Shown: positions 1-13,400 of the stretch, piece by piece
Numbering within the stretch: position 1 is the stretch's first letter
Layout: each line of letters starts with the position of its first letter
NCBI GenBank assembly: GCA_001244265.2
Contig: CDLV01000005.1
Span: 2,108,001-2,172,000, forward strand
DNA length: 64,000 nt
Direction: 5' to 3'
Origin: Microbotryum violaceum
Taxonomy: Eukaryota
Made by a program: the position numbers and the translations under genes
Notes under the pieces: model-generated
What the model was told of the DNA's origin: nothing
Databases searched by the model: none
Seen by the model: the letters and a program-made list of their open reading frames with translations, nothing else

Positions 1-911
1 AATTCCGGTCAAGGTCGCTGGATGACATGGTAGGATCGTGAGGAATTCGCTTTTCGGGAACTTGTCGAGTGGAACTGGGGGACGTTGAAGAGAAGGAAGA
101 GGGAGATGGGGTCTTGCATTGTTTGTTTTGAGAGGGCGTTGTTTTGGTGGAGGGGGAATTTTGGGTTATTCTTTTAGGTGTGCAAAAGCTTGGTGTGGGG
201 GAACTCTACCAATATGTTTTATTCCTTTTCCGTCTTTAGTTGGGAAGAGAGAGCGAGTGTGAGCGGTGAGGTCTGTTCCAAATTTTCGAAGCGAAAGAAA
301 AAGAGACATGCACTCGACTGTTTGGATTGGTGCGAGATTTGTCTCTAGTATATGTCAAGTTGTCATAATGCGAGAAGAAAAAAGAAAAGGCAAAGAAAGT
401 AACGTGATTGAGGAAAAATGACAAGCGAAAAATGTAAGAGAGGTTCAGGAGCAATCGGAAGAGAAAAAGGGAAACTACTCTGGAAAGAGAAAGCGCACGA
501 CACGTGATGCACAGATGAACGAGGTCAAAACGAAAGTGAGTGATCGGAGATGAAATTTGTGCAAATGCCCAAGGTCGTAAAAAGCGATGACAGAATGCGA
601 AACGAGATGGGCCGTTAAGAGTGAGAAGAAAGCGTCAAGCTTTCATGTAAGAGGGCGTTAAGTAAGTGCGAGAAAGGCTTTGCGTGCAGAGGAAGTACGT
701 TCGACGGAAGGTGGACATGTATAGGGATGCGAAGGCGAAGCGAACAGTTTTGGAACGGCGAAAAACGGGTGGGGGATCGAGCAATGTGACGAACGAGGAT
801 GAAGAAGCGTCGGGTCGCCGGGACCGTAAGGCTTTCGGTCCTTCGGAGAAGGCGTAGAGAGAGGTCGGGTCATATCGTTTGGACCCGTTCTTTTGGGTGA
901 TATGGGAGAGC

Positions 912-3900
912 TCAAACGACTGTGCGAACGGAATTGAAAAAGCGGTGAGTGCAAGTTCGAAGGAGGTTCAAGTGCGAGCGTCCGAGCTTACAGAAATGGG
1001 TATAGGGCCTCGAGCTAGGGTGCACGTCCATCTCCTCCATCTTGTACGAGTTGAGCTCCTCCTTGATCTGCTGCGCCAACGTCGGCGTCAAGCGGTTGCA
1101 CGTCGCCGGCTCGGCACGGCGGTCGTAGATGGATGCGGGCCAGGTCGTATGGACGGACAGGTTGGGCGCAAAGACGATGCGACGCGCGGGCGAGACAGGG
1201 GAACGCAGAGGAGAGGCCGTGCGGCCCAGGCGATCGAGGACAGGGGCCGATACGTTCGCCGATGGGTTCGAATATGGGCTCGTAGGACCGCTCATGCCGC
1301 GGGGCGAAGCGGAACGAGGCGAGTTGGATCCCGAGTTTGCCGGCGGGTGAACGAGACCGTCGAATCGGTTCTCGAACGCCGTCATAGTCGTGATGCGCGC
1401 CGTTTTGCCGCCGTTGTGGAGCTCGTGGGACATGTGCGAAGCGTCGTACGAGCTCGCACGAACGCGAGGGAACTGCGGCTTGGCGAGATCAAACTCGTCT
1501 TGTCGGTACGAACTCGCACCCTTGAGGATCCCACGGGGTACGATGGGACGCAAAGGCTCGCGGCGCAGGCTGTGGTTGAGACTAGGTTCGTATTCGGGCT
1601 CGCTGTCGTGACCACCGACACTGCGGCCGAACAAGGGCTGGTGGGAGAGGATCTCGACGCCATCCGTGGTCGCGCTCGACTGGGTGCGGCCGTCGTGGTA
1701 AAAGTCCGCGACGCCGGTCGTGGGCGGCGTTCTGGGCGTCGGGGTCGATCTCCCCGACAACTCCGCCGTGGTGAGATGCGGCGACGTCGCCGAGACTGAG
1801 TTGGAACCAAAGCCGAGACTCCACTTGCGACGAGGCTTGGTCCGCTCTTTGTCACCTTCAGCCACCGAGCTTTCAGGAAAGTCGGGCGTCTTGGAGCGAC
1901 CCCACCCAACGCCAGCCGACGACGAGACGCTAGCATTGCGTTCGTGGGCAGCAGCGACGGCCTGCGCGCGGAGACGATCGGCCTCGGCAGCGGCAGCGGC
2001 GGCGGCCTCCTGCTCGGCATAGTGTTGCTGTTGTCGACGAGCGAGAGCGGCTGCCGGCGAGATTCCTCCCGTGACACCCGAGGACGAACTGCCGCGACCC
2101 TCTTGTTCGGCCGTGGCGTGCGAAACGCTCGTCGTTGCCGAGCCCATGCCGGACCCAGTGCTGCGTTTGAGGTCCTTCTTGCTCGGGGTGGTGGCCGTGA
2201 CGTTATCGGCGAAAGCCGACGCTACCGACGAAGAGCCTTCCTTGTCCTTCCCACTGCTCTTGAACGCCTTAGTCAGGCTCATCATGCTGCTACGCCTCGC
2301 CGACTTGCCCAATTGGCCAATCTTGCGAATCATAACCGAAGCGCTCGAGACGGTCGACGATATCGAGAGGTTGTCCGTCGACGAATTAAATTTGCCGCTA
2401 AAGATTCCCCTCTTGCTCGTCGGCGGTTTGGATGTCGCGGTCGAGTAACCCGTCATGACCGACGCCGAGCTCGAGGCGAGGGTCGGGGTACGACGACCCG
2501 AGGCGGCCATACCCGACAGGGGCAGATCGTCCGAACTGTGACTGGCGCGCGGCATGGCGATGACTTTTGGTCCCCGGCCGTCTAATTCAGCTTCGGTGAG
2601 GCCCAGGCCCGAGCTCGAAGGGGAGCTCGACACGCCGAACGCCTTCTTGAACTTCTGGCCCATCCCCTTCTTGACCTTGTCGGGCGCACGCGTAGCAGCG
2701 GTGGTATCGTCCGATTCCTCCCCGTCGTCGCCGCGCAGAGGGGCAAAAGTGGTCGCGGAGCGGAACTGCTCGTCGGACGATTTGCGTCCCAGCGGGCTCG
2801 GCTTCTTGCCCCCGCCCGAGGCGTTGAGCACTTGCACGGGCGTCGCCGAGCGAGCCGTGTCAAACGATTCCCGTGCGTGGTGCGTCGGCGTCGTTCCACC
2901 CGAGCCGTTGCTGTGGGGTCCTTTCGAGGACGACGTCGACTTGGTTGAAGCCTGCGAATCGGTTCGGGGCCGTAGCGAGGCGCCCATGACATGGGTCGCG
3001 GCAGCACCTGATCGGGGGATGGAAGACACGGACGTGCTCGATCTATTCGGTAACGATTGGAACGCGGGAGGGACGACGATGCTTGTTGAGCTGTTCTTGG
3101 CCGACGAGTTTGCGGTGTAGATCGAAGACGCCGAAGTCGTCGCACCATGCGTGGTCGGGTGCGAAGATGAAGAGAACGACCCGGACGAAGCGGAAGAGTG
3201 GCCCGGTGTACGAGGGTGCGACGGCGAGCGACGGTACGGATGGTGCGACTCGCGGCCACTTCCGCCGCCTCCGCTGCTGCTGCCGGAGGTCCCCTCGGTG
3301 CTTCCTGGCGGAGTTGGGTAAGCTCCAGACCCCGTGGAATGGGCCCCGGGTTGAAAAGTGGGCATCGCTCCAGCCAAGTCATAGGGCAAGAATTGGGTCA
3401 AGGACGACGAGGGTGACGATGTGTAGATCTGAGAGCTGTTGAAGGGTTTGTTTGAGGAAGAGGGTCCCGACTGGGTGCGTTGCCGAGAGGATGCTGTGGA
3501 GTGGAAAATTGGGATTGGGGAAGGAGCAACGTCAGTGGTGGTTCAAATCCTAGATGGAAAAAATAAAGCGGTGCGGCCTGTGTCGGTGGTCTACGCTGCA
3601 CGACAGGCGTCGATCCTTTCGCAAGCGCAACGTCACCGTGGCTATCGGGATCACAGATCATGCTGCATGGTGCTACATATGTACCACTTCATGAAAGCAG
3701 TCCCAAAAATCCGTGCTATCCCGAATATGGCTCGGGCTCGCAAGACCATGAACCTTGCGAGGCCCCAAATTAGGGTTGCGCGTGAATGGGGACACCACCG
3801 CGATCTGCCGATTCGGGGCGCGACGCGATACACAGCGTCTCTGAAACCACCGATGGGCCCTGTTTTGGAGATTAAAGATACGAGTGTAAAACAGGATGAC

Positions 3901-4899
3901 GAAATGAAAAAACAGACCTAGAAGCTGCTGCTGCTGATTCTGTTGGTAGTGATCCCGGAGGTGCTGCTGCTGCTGCTGTTGGTGATGTTGATGCTGCTGT
4001 TGCTGTTGTTGCAACGTCGCGTTCCTAATCATCTCCATTTGCCATTGGTGCTGTTGCAAGTGGGCGTGGTGCATCAACATCTGCTGGTGGTGCTGCTGCT
4101 GCGCGGCCGACACGGCGGGATCGTGGGGCCCGGCGAACCCGGCCGATTGCGGGTGCGGGTGCGGCGAAGGGATGAAGGGGTATTGCGGATGCGGGAACGC
4201 GTGCACGGCGTGCGGGTGCGATCCCGAAGAGAAGGCCGGGAAGTGGTGGTTACCCACCGCTGATCCTGTTGATGAGACTGAACCTGGGTTGGGGCCGAGC
4301 GGCGCCATCGACGACGACGACGACGACGATGAAGTCGAGACCGACGGGCGGTTCGCAGCGATCGTCTGGGCGCCGCCGGAGTGAGCTGGGGCCGCGTGTT
4401 GCGCCTGGCGATGCGACGAGCCAGCCGGTGACGGTCCGTACGGGTTGGTCGAACCGGATGCGATGTGGCCCGATGACCGCCTCTGTGACAACGTCGGGGT
4501 CGAAGACGCGTTGGCTGCCGAGTTAAACGAGGGCGGTTGAGGTCGCGAGCTCGTGCTGGGGCCGGACATGGCGCTCGGTTGTGGCGACGGCGACGTGGGC
4601 TTGGAGCTTGACACACTGCTTCTGCTCGAGGTCGGGTTGAGATCGACGAACGCCGGCGGTGTCCACTGGATCGTCGGTGGTCCGGCAGAGTAGGCCATGT
4701 TGGACGGGTACGATCGAGGCGACGCGGCGCCGGCTGATGACGAGCTGGTCGAGGTCTCTGCGGCGGTCGCGCGAGGGCTACCACTACTGACGCGGGCTGC
4801 TGTTGCTGCTGATCCAGGCGACGAGGCACGGTGGTGGGGATGACCGAACGAGGGCGAGCTGATGATGGAAGGAGGTGGCAACGTCGAGACCAGAGCCAT
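912..4899 (-). CDS. BNI4: Bni4-like PP1 (Glc7)-targeting protein, about 1190 aa, 3 exons (4899-3918, 3493-992, 919-912)
   Basis: The C-terminus RRIVFAPNLSVHTTWPASIYDRR...CNRLTPTLAQQIKEELNSYKMEEMDVHPSSRPYTHFFV matches the RVxF-type PP1-binding Bni4 C-terminal domain. ORFs 3673-4908 and 912-3401 join in frame through a phase-1 intron 3917-3494 (G|GTCTGT, branch ACTGAC, CCACAG). The last intron is 991-920. The start codon is uncertain. Confidence 0.75.
3924..4100 (-). repeat. CAG/CAA/CAC-rich tract encoding a poly-Gln/His segment in exon 1 of the Bni4-like gene
   Basis: Runs of (ctg)n and (ttg)n on the + strand; the translation includes QQQQHHQQ...QQQQQQHQHHQQQQQQH. Confidence 0.85.
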
Positions 4900-5355
4900 T
4901 CCCTCCACGCCTCTTGGTGTGTAAGGGTCTCGGGCGTAGGATCGTCCGCTGCGGCGTCGGTGAATGAACCCGACCTTTGGGTCAGTCGCACCACACTACT
5001 AGGTCGCGCCTGCGTCAAAGAGGCGCAATAGCAGATCGAGCACTCGTCGAGAGGACGGCTGGGAAAGTAGGCAGGTAAGAGTAGAGCCAATAGGTTAAGA
5101 TCAAGTGCAAGATGGGATCCACGAGGCCATCGACCACCACAACCGTTGCCCCGTTGCCCCCATCGGATCGTCATCAACCCGCGCGCGATTCGTCTTCGCG
5201 CGTGCCTCGAGCCCGTACCAACTCACCTCTTGAATCGATTCGGACTCAAAAACCACGCAGAGAACACGAACGCACGGCCAAAAGTTGGGAACGGGGAAAC
5301 GAGTGGTGTGAGGTGGGCGAAGGGGCGACCAACACTTTTTGGATCGACGACGACG

Positions 5356-5375
5356 GGAAGCTTCCCGACGTTTCC
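5356..5375. promoter_or_regulatory. Putative heat-shock element (four alternating nGAAn/nTTCn units, one mismatch) upstream of the Bni4-like gene
   Basis: Sequence gGAAgcTTCccGACgtTTCc, overlapping the perfect 14-bp palindrome CGGGAAGCTTCCCG (5354-5367). It lies about 460 bp upstream of the predicted ATG. Confidence 0.35.
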
Positions 5376-6790
5376 GACGGTAGGTTCGGGCGGTGGCAGA
5401 GGGTGTGCAACCAGCGTACGCGGCGGGTGGTCCCTCGCCTGAGCGCCTCGGGTCTTCAGCCAGGCATCGCCCTGTCGTGAACGTTTCACGCCAATCTCCG
5501 AGCACGCGCCTCGCGCCTCCGTGCTCTTCGGCCTGTTGAGCGTTGAGCGCGCGCGCGCCCTTTCTTCCATCGCCCTAACGTATCCCCCCACACCTGAGCC
5601 AACGTCGTAGTGCCCGGCAGCCATGCACTCGAGCTTGGTGAGCGGCGCAGAGCTAAACTGGTCACGGACGGACGGTCAAGTCTCGGAAAAACTTCATCTA
5701 CCTAGCAAAGAAAAAAGAAAGCTTCCGTCTTGAAATTTCAGCACTGCGTAGTCCAAAAGCTTCCCCGTTCTGGATTCAGAGAGGCAGGATATTCACGGCC
5801 CGGCTCGAGCTGCGCGACGGCAACTCCCGGAGGAATCGACACGACTCGAGGTCTCTTCTCATCCATCGCAGAGGCGAATGATGGACGCCTTTCTCATCCG
5901 GAAACCAAAAACAAAACATTTCAGAAGGGCGGGAGACGGGTCACACGAAAAAGAAGCTAGTCGCTGACGCGCGAACTCAGAGTATCATTGCGGTGCCACA
6001 GCCTTGCAACAGAAGGAGCTCTTTGCGCTGAAGATTTCCCGAATAGGTACCCCACGGGTATGCTTCGGCGTCTTCTCTTTGGGGGGTACGGTAGGATTGC
6101 TTGGTTGCTCTTTGTTGGTGTTGGGATTCTTCGTGAGTGTTTGTCGTGTTGCAGCTTTTGGTCGTAGCTCGTAGCTCGTAGCTTACTGTTCTCAGCTGTG
6201 TCGGCTTTTTTGCCAGAGGCTGAAGTCCGAGTTCGACGAACGACCTCTTGCGGGAAAGGACGAGCCATTGACAAACCTTGTCACCATCCTGACAAGTACT
6301 GCATACTGGGTGTCAATCCAAATCTCAAGCGCTTCTTGATGAACAAGCGACTCGATCCGTCGAATGAGGCGAGCCGTATAAGCATCATTATTACAAAATG
6401 GAAGTACGTCGAACGAAAATGACGGAAATTTGCTAAGCGACGAAAGAAAGAGCAATGCTGGATTGATAGGAAAAGGAACGCAACGAGAGCGAGAAAGGTT
6501 GACAGTGTGGTGCATGTGGCTGGTAGACAAGATGATGGAGATGGTGACGTGCAAGAAAGCGGTCGAATGTGATGCGGCGGACAAAGGACCTTGAGGTGGT
6601 GCAGATCATGCGTGCTTGTAGGTATACATGCGAAAGAAATCAGAGAGAAATCGTGGTCGAACAGGGGTAGAGAGGACGAAAGTTGCGCAAGGTATGTAGG
6701 TATATATGGTGCCGAGCTGAACAACGTGGAATAATTTTGCGCGACAGAGTCGACAGAAGTTGCCTACAGACGGAGACCGGAGAGAGTGGA

Positions 6791-9339
6791 TCACAGTGCT
6801 TGGGCGCGAACGAGAACAGCTTCTCTTTGCAGGTAGAGGACGTAGTCGAGCAAAAAGGCGACTTGGATTGGTGTCTCGATAGATTTGATGCTAATCGATT
6901 GAATGAGCCATGGGAAGCCGTCAGAAATAAGATTAAAGCTATGCACAGAACTCCAAGCTTCTCTCACTCACCTTCGCCGCTTCCGAATGACCTCTATAAC
7001 CCTCTCTACAATACTCATCGGATCCGACTCCTCGAACCGCTCAGCATCGCCGCTGATAAAGCCCATCTTGAGCATCCAACACGTCGCGACGAGGCCAGCC
7101 CTGCCTATACCTCCTCGGCAATGGGCCAAGACGGACTCGCCTCGAAGGGTATGTTCGCGGATGATGCGGCCTAGTTGGGCGTCGAGCGATGCCGCGGATG
7201 AAGGTGCAAAGCCTTCGACCATGGGAATACGGATGACGGATAGATCGAGCTCGTCGCAGGCTTGGGCGTATTCGTGCCAAGGTGATCCAAGAAAGGCGAG
7301 CTCTGTGAAAGGTGGCAACGTGAGCCTTTGGGTGAGCCAAAGGACGCTGGAGCTCGAAGAGCGGCAAGTTGCACTCACCGGTATCGTCAAGGCAGCAAAT
7401 CACTATCCCAACCCCTTCATCTTTGGCTCGCTGGAGATCCAACACGACGTCTCGACAGATCGCGCTCCTTCCCCCGGACCCTTGCGCAATCCCGCCCATG
7501 CGCACTTTTTTGCCAGGGCAGCTGCTGAGCAGAAAGTTGCCCAAGCGCGGATCAGTAGAGATCAAACCGAGTGCACTCTTCTTGCTTTCGGTAGGAGATA
7601 GCTGGCCGGTCGAGATAGCACCAGGTCCATGGATTACCCATTTGCAGAAGTCGCCGTACGAAGGCAGCTCGAGGATGAACGGAGGCGTCGTCACGGCTTC
7701 GCCTCGCATCGAGTTGATGTGAAGCGACGATGACGGCGCAAGTGGGGTACGAGATTTCGTCGAGGACATTGACTGGCCAAAGATGGAGGTGGCGAGCCAG
7801 GGAATGGCTTCTGGCGGGATCAAGGCCGATATGCTGCGGGTCAAGGTTTGCGCCAACAGGAAGTCAGCTTGGATTTACATACCAAAACCTGCAGCGGCGC
7901 ACTCCGTGCAACCCACTTCATTGGATGTGATACACTCGTCTTGACAGCGACGCCGTTGATCATCCGCATCCCCGCCATGAGACCGTCTCCGACGCTGGGT
8001 GGCATCGAAGGCAGGGCCGGAAGCGGGGGCTCCGTGGTCGCCTGCTGGACGATTGATGCATCGAGACGCAGCTCCCTCGATTCGGGTGGAATGGTGATTG
8101 TGGGGGTGGGGCAAAGTTCGTGGGAAACTCTCTTGCACACTGCGTTACGAGTGGTTTGCGCCATGTCCAGCGCTTCAAGGCCGAGACCGGTCACTGCCAA
8201 CGAGCTCGAGGCCTTGCCCGGACTGGTGGTTGGGAGTTGCTCACAAGAAGACAGCGAGGCTGCGTGTCCAATGTCCATCGAGTCTCGTTGAATGGGGTTT
8301 GGGCACCAACGCGCTGTGGTTACCGCCCTCGTCAACTCAGGTCGCGCGGGAGCAGCGGAGGTGGTGAGCCTCGACCAAGGGCCTCGGGTCGCAGTGGCGA
8401 CAGGAGCCGCGATCGACGACGGACGGGCGTACAAAGTCGAAGGCATCGAGGCGATCGAGGATGAAGACGGGGACGAGAAGGAGCGTGTAAGCGTGACTGA
8501 TTGTGTCGACCTCGAAGCCTGATGGTAGTGGGGCAAGGGAGGCGGGTTTGCAGAAGGAGCCGAGGAGGTGGCCACCAGTCGTTTGAGAACATTGTACTCG
8601 CTCAGCCTGATCGGGCCGCGCCAGGGTAGGGAGGTGAGTACATAAATCGATACCCCAACCCGGATCTAAGTACTTACACGTGCTGGCTTGACAGACGAGA
8701 CAGGGCCTGATTAAGGCCGTGCGGCATGCGATTAAAGTGAGTTTGCTGTTCCTCGGCGCTCGGGGCGGAAGCTCCTGGAGAGGCAGTTAGTCGAGCTCGC
8801 GCGGTCGATTGGGGCCAGTGGGCCACATCTTGATCAATGATGGGCGTGGAGCTGGTTTCGACCGCAATATCCGATGGCTCGCCCCCGTTCGTCTCGGTCG
8901 ATCTCTTGGTGAGGTTGATGCGGGAAAGATTCGGCGAGAGGGAGGGAGGCCCCGTTTGAACGCGGCGGGCGTTGCCAAACTCGCCATCGCGGCCATCGTC
9001 GTGGTTGTCAGGGTCCTGAACCGAGGTTGTCGAGAGCTTCTGGCGCAGGACTCGAGTATCCCTGTCGTTGTTGCCCCCGGTGGGGTCATGATGGTCGGGT
9101 AGCATGCGAGACGAGCAAGGTGGCGATGATACATGCTTCAGAGAGCGTTTGGTCGGAGACTGCAAGTGACGACTCGGACTCGACGATGACGATGAGGAGG
9201 TGGGGTTCGAAGTCCTAGGGCTAACGCCGGGCGACGCGCCGCTTCCTATGCTCGCGACTCTGGCTGCAGCGACCGACGATCGAGTCGACATGTGTGAGGT
9301 CGAACGACCCGAGATGGAGATCGGCGATGAGCTTGTCAT
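6791..9339 (-). CDS. CDKN3-like dual-specificity/tyrosine protein phosphatase (CX5R), 5 exons
   Basis: Active-site loop LAHCRGGIGRAG. Upstream motifs VKTSVSHPMNIS, GNFLLSSCPGKKVR and RSAICRDVVLDLQR...GIVICCLDDTEL. The last exon reads SIKSIETPIQVAFLLDYV and ends at TGA 6793-6791. Canonical GT-AG introns join ORFs 8674-9366, 7841-8575, 7041-7856 and 6968-7390. The start is uncertain. Confidence 0.8.
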
Positions 9340-10475
9340 GGGCCCCAAGAAGATCCGATGCCTCAAAGGACAAGTCGCACAGGCGAAGATGGAATGGCGT
9401 CGACGAGCTAGCTGGCGACGGAGCCAGGACGTGGCACTCGACGGAACCGTTCGCGCGTCGACGCTTCCGGCTGCTGATCAAATGTTCCTGGACGCGCGAG
9501 GACAGGCGGAACAGTCGCGAAGAGTGCGAAAGTTCAGAGCTTGGGGAACAATGCAAGGAAGGGGGAACGACAATGCTGACGGTGTGCTGTGAAGGGTATC
9601 GAAAACGTGCAAGCGGAACCCGCCGGACGTCGACACGATTCGTGGTCTGGTCAGAAGATAACACGGACTAGCCACGAACCGAGTCGGCCGAGTCGGCTTC
9701 GGCGTCGACGTGCGCGAGCACCTTGCGATCCAACTTGGTTTCATTTCAGCTCGTCGACGATGAGATCATGACAATTTCGATGGTGGCGTGCACAGCTGAT
9801 GAGAGCGCACGAAAAGCTCTCATCAATTTGAGTGCACCGGAAATAAATGAAGTAGTTTCTGAGCTGTGGGATTGGTCGATACGTACCAGAAATGCGATTT
9901 CCAGTGCGAAAGAATTTTCTTCCCCGCCGGCAGATACCACATTGGTGTGTCGCGGAATTCAAGCCTATCGCGGCTGGATCAGAGCCATGAGTCATGAGTA
10001 CGGTGAGAATGGTTTTCTCTCGAATTCACCAGACAGTCGTCAAGATGTTGTTAGTCAAGGTAACAGTTAAATCGGATGCTGCTGGATCCACCTCAGTCTT
10101 CAACCTGCAATGCAACCGGCGGCCCCTATCAGATCGATCACTCCTGATTGAAGTCAAGGTTGCCCTCCGGGCTCTACGAGTATTTCTTATGCAAGCACGT
10201 TTTATATTGGGAACACGCGCAACTGTTGCTTTTGACCACGACATCAGCTTATGAATCGTGGCCGGTCGGCGAACTGCGCCGTGACTAAACGAAGCCGGCG
10301 GTCGGCGTCGGCTCTGGCCCTCCCTCCACTTGGGGTTGGCAGGTCCCCACATCGACTGTCGCCCTTCAGCCGAGTCTTGATGGACCGACCAGCGACCTTA
10401 TCCGGCTCGCCCCCGCACAAGATCTCGAGACTGAGTGGACCTGCACCGGCCTATCGCACTACGCACACCTCGACC

Positions 10476-13400
10476 ATGTCTACCTCGCCGACCAACGCCG
10501 GCGCACCGCCATCGTCACCGTCGTTCTCTTCGTCTCAGGTGACTCCATCCAGTTCGGCGTCGACGCCGGCTGCGGTGGGACGCAAGCGGCTGGGCCTGAC
10601 CACGTGCTTGGAGAAGGCGACGGTCAAGAAATTGGTGCTCAAAGCAACGCGTGAGTAGGAGTCACGTGCCCACGTACCACGCACTGCATGGCTCATTCAC
10701 GCCGCCATCGCCTCCCGATCGAGCAGCTCGCGCGACACCCCCACCCGATCCCTCGATCCGCATCTCCCAGGCGATCGTCACCTTGACCCGCGCCGCACGA
10801 GCGATCTTGGCCGTCCAGCCCACGCCAGAATCCCTTCAGGCACTCTACGGCCTTTGTCAGCAAGTGGTCGTCGGGGGAGCATCGTACGCGCAAGAGCTCT
10901 ACGACAGACTGAAGCTCGAGCTTGAACGAGGCTCGAGCCAGTTGAGGCGTGACTTGGTGCAGATTGTCATTCCCACGACTTCGCGCAAGAACGAGGATGT
11001 GCTCGCCCAGATCGATGAACGTATCAAGCAATTCCTCGACCAGACGCTGTTGATCCGCTCTGTCTTCCTCTATCTCGATCGAGCCTACGTACTGCCCTTG
11101 CCCACCTTACTCGCAATCTGGTGAGTGGCGTCGACCACGGCGTCGCCTTGGCTCCGGGTACCGCGCTTCAGTGGTTGACCCGCAGTATGGTACATCATGT
11201 TTGCTCTTACCCAGGGAGCTCGGGCTAGATATCTTGCGGCATTCGGTCCTCGCCGACGAAGCGATCGCCGAGCGTATCACCTCGGCGCTCATCAACCTCA
11301 TCGTTCGCGAAAGGTTCGTCAGAGCTCGAACTGTCCTCAAGGACATGCCATACTCAGTCACAGAACTGATCTCCACATGGTGTTTTCTATCCATAGAGAT
11401 GGCGAGGCTATTCCCCGGGCGCTCGTTCAATCGGTCGTGACGGCGCTCTCGACCATCTCGACACAATCCCACCAGACCCTCTTCGTGGCCCCCTTCCTCG
11501 CATCTTCGCGCACCTACTACGAAGCCGAAGGCGTGACACTCTCCTCCGAACTTGATGCATCGTCCTATCTGCGCCGCGTCAATCAGAGGCTGTCCGAGGA
11601 AGCCGAGCGGTGTGATTCGGGCATGGTGGGGGTGGCGCTCAAGGGTGATGTCCTCCGGGTCGTGCTCGACGAGATGGTCAAGAACCACGTCGAGGCGATC
11701 GCAACGAAGCAAGTCGGAGCCATGGTCTCTGAGAATCGGACGACCGATTTATCGAGTTTATACTCGCTTCTATCACGTATCAGCGCTTTGCCTATCCTGC
11801 GTAATGCTTTCCTCGAGCACTTCAAAGCGACCGGCCTGGCGATCGTCCTCGACAAGGAACAGGACGACAAGATGGTGATCAACTTGATCGCATTACGGAA
11901 TAGTGGTGTCAACATTGTCGAGCAGTGTTTCGCGAGGGAACATCAATTCTCGCAAGCCATCTCTTCCGCATTCGAATTCTTCATCAATAAGCGGGAGAAC
12001 AAACCGGCAGAGATGATTGGTCGGTCGTTGTGCCCAAGTCATTGGCGCTCTTTGCCTTCGATGGTTCTGACACCTCATATGCTCTTTGTTCTTCAGCTAA
12101 ATTTCTGGACGCCAAGCTCCGCTCGGGCAATAAGAGCATGGGCGATGCCGAGTTTGAAAAGCTGCTGAACGACGTCTTGTTCCTCTTCCGGTTCACTCAA
12201 GGTGGGTGCTTCGACCTCCGGCCTCCAGATGTAAGCACAGGTGACTGCCTCTGAGATGCTATGTGTTCTACAGGCAAGGATATCTTTGAGGCATTCTACA
12301 AGCGGGACCTTGCGAAACGGTTGCTCCTCAACAAATCCGCGTCCTTTGATGCTGAGAGGAGCATGTTGCTTAAGCTCAAGGATGGTTAGTTTAAGCGCTT
12401 CACTAGACCTCGGCAAAATTATGCTTACTCAGGTCTTCGGCATGCAAATTCTCGCAGAATGCGGAGCGGGCTTCACGCAAAAGCTCGAGCTCATGTTCAA
12501 AGGTTGGTCTTGGTGTGCTCTCATGTCCCAGGACGCCAACTGATGTGTTGTTTCTATGCCCGCCTAGATGTCGAGCTTTCGGAAGACATCATGCGAGCCT
12601 ACGCCGACTCTTCGGCTGCACCATGTCCATTCGGCCTCTCCGTCAACGTCTTAAGTACAGGCAATTGGCCGACCTATCCTCCTACAACGGTCACGCTCCC
12701 ATCGGACATGGCCTCGGCGCTCGACAAGTTCAAAGTGTTCTACCAATCCAAGCACCAAGGCCGCGCTTTGACCTGGGCGCACGCGCTGGATTACTGCTCG
12801 CTTCGCGCCAAGTTCCCCAAGGGGGGTAGGAAGGAGTTGAGCGTGTCGTTGTTCCAGACGGTGATTTTGTTGTTGTTCAATGATGTCGCCGATGGCGCGA
12901 AGCTGGGGTTCAATGAAATTGTTGAAGCGACTAGACTAGGTGAGTGTCTCCCGACCTGTCCTCCGTCAAAAAGATTATTATACTGACTCGTTCTGATAAC
13001 TTTCTTTACTGTAATCAGATCCGAAAGAGGCGGCGAGAACGTTGCAGTCCCTCGCGTGTGGTAAAGTCCGGGTCTTGCAGAAGCACCCCAAGGGTCGCGA
13101 TGTCAACCCGACGGATCAGTTCTCGTTCAACAAGGTTGGTCTGACCTGAAGCGTGACGATTGACATAGATGCTGAGAACTGACGTCGTAACTTGAATGCA
13201 TTCTATCTATTCAGGAGTTCAAGGACGATCACATCAAGATCAAGATCAACCAGATACAGCAAAAGGAAACGGTGCGTTTGCGACCTGGACTGTCACGTGA
13301 TACTGTTCTGACCTGGTGACATCGATTATTGTGTGCAGGCAGAAGAGAATAAGTCGACCACAGACCGCGTCTTCACCGATCGGTCGTCGCACTTGCAATT

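Noticed and set aside
5957-6724. Several 100-150 aa ORFs between the Bni4-like gene and the phosphatase
   Set aside because: No recognisable domain or consistent splice model; the region overlaps the probable phosphatase 3' UTR.
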